64,000 nt of DNA, taken from assembly GCA_963812155.1 (NCBI GenBank), contig CAWETW010000003.1, positions 416,001 to 480,000 of the forward strand, in the 5' to 3' direction. A program made the translations under genes and the position numbers. The notes under the pieces were generated by a model that ran no database searches, was not told the origin of the DNA, and saw nothing but the letters and a program-made list of their open reading frames with translations. Positions 60,947 through 64,000 of this stretch are shown one piece after another. This DNA comes from Vulcanimicrobiota bacterium (GTDB lineage: Bacteria; Vulcanimicrobiota; Vulcanimicrobiia; Vulcanimicrobiales; Vulcanimicrobiaceae). Every line of letters starts with the position of its first letter. Positions within the stretch are counted from its first letter, which is position 1.

Positions 60947-61890
60947 ATGCACGCACGTCTTTTAAAAGCGTTGGCGCTCGTTGCCGGCTCGGCCGTAGCG
61001 GCCGGATGCTCGAGCGGCGGTCATGCCGTTCCTGCCCGGAGGTTCGGCCACGGCTCCGTCGAGCGCGCGAGCGGGGTGGTTGTCTCCGGAGGCCAACCAC
61101 GGCAGTCAGCTCTACGTCGCCGATCAGCCTCAATCAACGCGTCGCGATATTTTCTCAGCACAGCGGCCAACCCACGGGCCAAATCACCGACGCGATCGCC
61201 GGTCCCGACGGCTTGTATATCGATCCGAGCGGCACGCTGTACGTTTGCAACTTCGGCGCGGGGACGGTGACGGAGTATCCGCGAGGTCAGACGACGCACT
61301 CGAAGACGCTCACCGGCACCATCGGTCCCAAGTACGTCGTCAAAGGACACGACGGCACCGTGTACGTCTCCGATTTCGGCGACGGCTCGAACAGTCATCT
61401 GTACGAATACGCCCATGGGAGCACGACCCCCACGACGACGATTCCGTTCGCAACGTTTCCGGCCGGCGTCGCGCTCGATACGCACAATAAACTCTACGTT
61501 GCGTACAACGATTCCAGCAACAACGATATCGAAGTGCTGAAGTTCAGCCCCGGATCGACCAAGGGAACGAACCTCGGCATTCACATCAAGTTCGACAACG
61601 CCGGCGGCCTCGCGTTCGATAGCACCGGCGATCTGCTGCTCGACGATCAAAGCCTGCCGGGCGTAGACGTCTTTCCGCCGGGAGCGACCCAGCCTTCGAA
61701 GCAGATCAAAGGCTTCAGTCTCGCCTATCAAATCGCGTTGAACCATGCGGACACGCACCTGTTCGTGAGCGATCCGTTCGGCCCGTCGGTTGCGGAGGTG
61801 GCGTACCCGTCCGGAACGCTGATTCAGACCTTCTCGAGCGGTTTATCGGGAGCGTTCGGAGTCGCGACGAGCCCGGACAGTCCCTACTAA
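60947..61890 (+). CDS. Secreted NHL-like beta-propeller lipoprotein; two frameshifts (about 61035, 61128)
   Basis: Lipobox VAAGC in one frame, GWLSPEA...LYVADQ in a second, propeller repeats (GLYIDPSGTLYV) in a third. Confidence 0.75.
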
Positions 61891-61914
61891 AACGCGCGCG
61901 CAGAGTTTCGGCCG

Positions 61915-62439
61915 GTGATCGCATGGGATGCCTTGACGGCGATCGGTTCCATCGTCTCCGCCGGCGTGTTGCTGGTCGGGGGAGCGATCGCCGTCTATCA
62001 GTTGCGCGAGACGCGCCGCGCGGCGCAGTTCGACGCCACGCAGCGCGTCGTCGACCGCTTGTTCGAGCGCGATTTCAACCGCGCGCTGCGCTTTGTGATC
62101 AACGATTTACCCAACCGAATGCGCGATCCGGAATATGCGGCCGAGCTGGAACGATCGCGCGGTTGGGACGTCGACCCGGAGCGTCATCCCGAGTTGGTCG
62201 TCTTAGGGCGCCTCGAGGAAACGGGAATCTACCTGCGCCATCGGTTACTGCTCGGAGATGCGCTGCTCGATTTTGCAGCGATCCTCATTTTGCAGAGTTG
62301 GGAGCACGTGCGAGGCGTCGTCGAGCTCATGCGGAAATCGCATCGCAATCCGTCGGTCTGGAATAACGCCGAGTATCTCTACGAACGCGCGAAAGCTGTG
62401 AGGCGTTCTGAAACCGGGCTCGGAAGCGCAGAGTCGTAG
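61915..62439 (+). CDS. Membrane-anchored hypothetical protein (DUF4760-like)
   Basis: N-terminal transmembrane helix, then YQLRE; E..G...R.....; W..AEYL pattern. Confidence 0.65.
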   Translation: MIAWDALTAIGSIVSAGVLLVGGAIAVYQLRETRRAAQFDATQRVVDRLFERDFNRALRFVINDLPNRMRDPEYAAELERSRGWDVDPERHPELVVLGRLEETGIYLRHRLLLGDALLDFAAILILQSWEHVRGVVELMRKSHRNPSVWNNAEYLYERAKAVRRSETGLGSAES

Positions 62440-62455
62440 GGGCTGGAGGTTCGAT

Positions 62456-63151
62456 ATGAAGATCGGCATCATCGGCGCGGGGAATATCGGCGGGACGCTC
62501 GCGCGCCGTTTTAGCGAGCTCGGCCACGAGGTGGTCGTGGCGAACTCGCGCGGTCCCGAGTCGCTGCGTGACGTGGCGGCGGAGACCGGAGCGACGCCGG
62601 TGACGGCCGAGCAGGCCGCGCGCAGCGGCGACGTGGTCGTCGTCACCATTCCCGAGAAGAAGATCGAAGGTCTGCCCCGCGACTTGTTTGCCGGCGTCCC
62701 CGACAGCGTCGTCGTGATCGATACCGGCAACTACTATCCGCGGCAGCGCGACGGGCGCATCGAAGAAATCGAAGGCGGCATGCCGGAGAGCGTTTGGGTC
62801 TCTAAACAGCTCGGAAGACCGGTGATCAAAGCCTTCAACGACATCTATGCCGAGCATCTCGGAAACTTGGGCAAACCGAAAGGCACGCCGGGACGCATCG
62901 CGCTTCCCGTTGCGGGCGACGACCAGCGCGCGAAAGCCGTCGTGATGCAGTTGGTCGACGATCTGGGCTTCGACCCGGTCGATACGGGAACGCTCGCCGA
63001 GTCGTGGCGGCAGCAACCCGGAACGCCCGTCTACGCCGAAGACTTCGACGCGCAAGGCGTGCGCGACGCGCTGGCACGCGCAACCAAAGAGCGCAGTCCG
63101 GAGTTTACGGGAACCGCGCAGAGTCCCGGCACGTTCGAGGCGCCGGCGTAG
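62456..63151 (+). CDS. NADPH-dependent F420 reductase-like oxidoreductase
   Basis: MKIGIIGAGNIG, ANSRGPESL, IDTGNYYP.RDG, IKAFN, GFDPVD.G.LAESWRQQPGTP.Y. Confidence 0.92.
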   Translation: MKIGIIGAGNIGGTLARRFSELGHEVVVANSRGPESLRDVAAETGATPVTAEQAARSGDVVVVTIPEKKIEGLPRDLFAGVPDSVVVIDTGNYYPRQRDGRIEEIEGGMPESVWVSKQLGRPVIKAFNDIYAEHLGNLGKPKGTPGRIALPVAGDDQRAKAVVMQLVDDLGFDPVDTGTLAESWRQQPGTPVYAEDFDAQGVRDALARATKERSPEFTGTAQSPGTFEAPA

Positions 63152-63180
63152 CGAGCGCAGCCAGAACAAGGAGAACCGCG

Positions 63181-63531
63181 ATGACGCAGCGCGTGGACGG
63201 TATCGACGTAGATGTCAAACCCTCGGGCACCGGCTGCCTGGAATGCACGGAGGAGCACGGCTGGTGGTTCCATCTGCGCAGATGCGCGCAGTGCGGGCAC
63301 ATCGGATGCTGCGACAACTCGCCGAAGCAACACGCGACGGCGCATTTCAACGCCACGGGTCACCCGATCATTGCAAGTTTCGAGCCCGGAGAAGCGTGGT
63401 TCTACGACTACACGTCCGAAGAATTCGTGGACGGGCCGGCGCTGGCCGCGCCACATTCGCATCCCGAAGATCAGCCCGTACCCGGACCAAAAGGCCGCGT
63501 ACCGCACGACTGGCAAAGCCGGCTCAACTAA
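63181..63531 (+). CDS. UBP-type zinc finger protein
   Basis: GCLEC...WWFHLRRCAQCGHIGCCDNSP.QHATAH...GHP...SFEPGE.W; AAGGAG RBS. Confidence 0.9.
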   Translation: MTQRVDGIDVDVKPSGTGCLECTEEHGWWFHLRRCAQCGHIGCCDNSPKQHATAHFNATGHPIIASFEPGEAWFYDYTSEEFVDGPALAAPHSHPEDQPVPGPKGRVPHDWQSRLN

Positions 63532-63564
63532 AGAAATCGAAAACGACCGCAGCTGGAGGGCTCA

Positions 63565-64000
63565 ATGGACGAAGCACGCGTCGAACAGTCGACCTATAAG
63601 ATGCCGCCGCAGGACGGTTTTACCGTCGCCCACTTTCTCACGGTGGCCGATATGAAGCGGTCCGTCGAATTCTACCAAAGAGTCTTCGACGGAGAAATCG
63701 TGAGCAGGGGCGACGATGGAGGCGCACCGCCGTACATCAAAATCGCCAACACGTGGCTGATCGTCAACGTCGGAGGCGGCCCAACGCCCGACAAGCCGAC
63801 CGTCACGCTTCGCCCGCCTCCCAACCCCGACGAGATCAGCAGCTTCATGAACATCCGCGTCGCAGATATTCAAGCGTGCTACGAACTGTGGAAAAGCCGC
63901 GGCGCGACGTTTCTCACGCCTCCGATCGACAAATACGGCGAGATTCGATGCTACATCCGCGATCCCGACGGTTACATCATCGAAGTCGGGCAAAGCAAGT
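63565..64000 (+). CDS. VOC/glyoxalase family protein, 3' end at or beyond the window edge
   Basis: Manual translation: ...HFLTVADMKRSVEFYQRVF...MNIRVADIQACY...EIRCYIRDPDGYIIEVGQ; GGAGG RBS. Confidence 0.88.
   Translation, partial: MDEARVEQSTYKMPPQDGFTVAHFLTVADMKRSVEFYQRVFDGEIVSRGDDGGAPPYIKIANTWLIVNVGGGPTPDKPTVTLRPPPNPDEISSFMNIRVADIQACYELWKSRGATFLTPPIDKYGEIRCYIRDPDGYIIEVGQSK

Overview
High-GC bacterial chromosomal segment with about 55 genes. The many secreted beta-propeller lipoproteins, VPS10-like proteins, YXWGXW protein and cyclase-STAND protein are reminiscent of Eremiobacterota/Vulcanimicrobiota (inference only). Housekeeping and metabolic genes include aceE (partial), cysteine synthase, a TPP riboswitch with thiC, kup, hydantoinase A/B, an SBP56 protein and a SNF2+SWIM pair. 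The most striking non-standard structure is a family of REP-like repeats (core TGTCATCCYGAGCG; complete units continue through an inner hairpin to GTCGAAGGA). They form two inward-pointing arrays flanking a lone 103-aa GIY-YIG nuclease gene (17769-18565) and recur as nuclease-free arrays at 25245-25362 and 33007-33174. Their inner hairpins vary in sequence but keep pairing and mostly a C-GNA-G triloop, suggesting a REPtron-like system served by a GIY-YIG enzyme rather than a RAYT transposase. Also seen: a duplicated 23-bp operator at a WYL regulator/VOC gene pair and a structured intergenic segment near 59.2-59.35 kb. About 13 frameshifts, mostly single-base insertions, look like sequencing or consensus errors. 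All calls come from reading the sequence; no searches were run.
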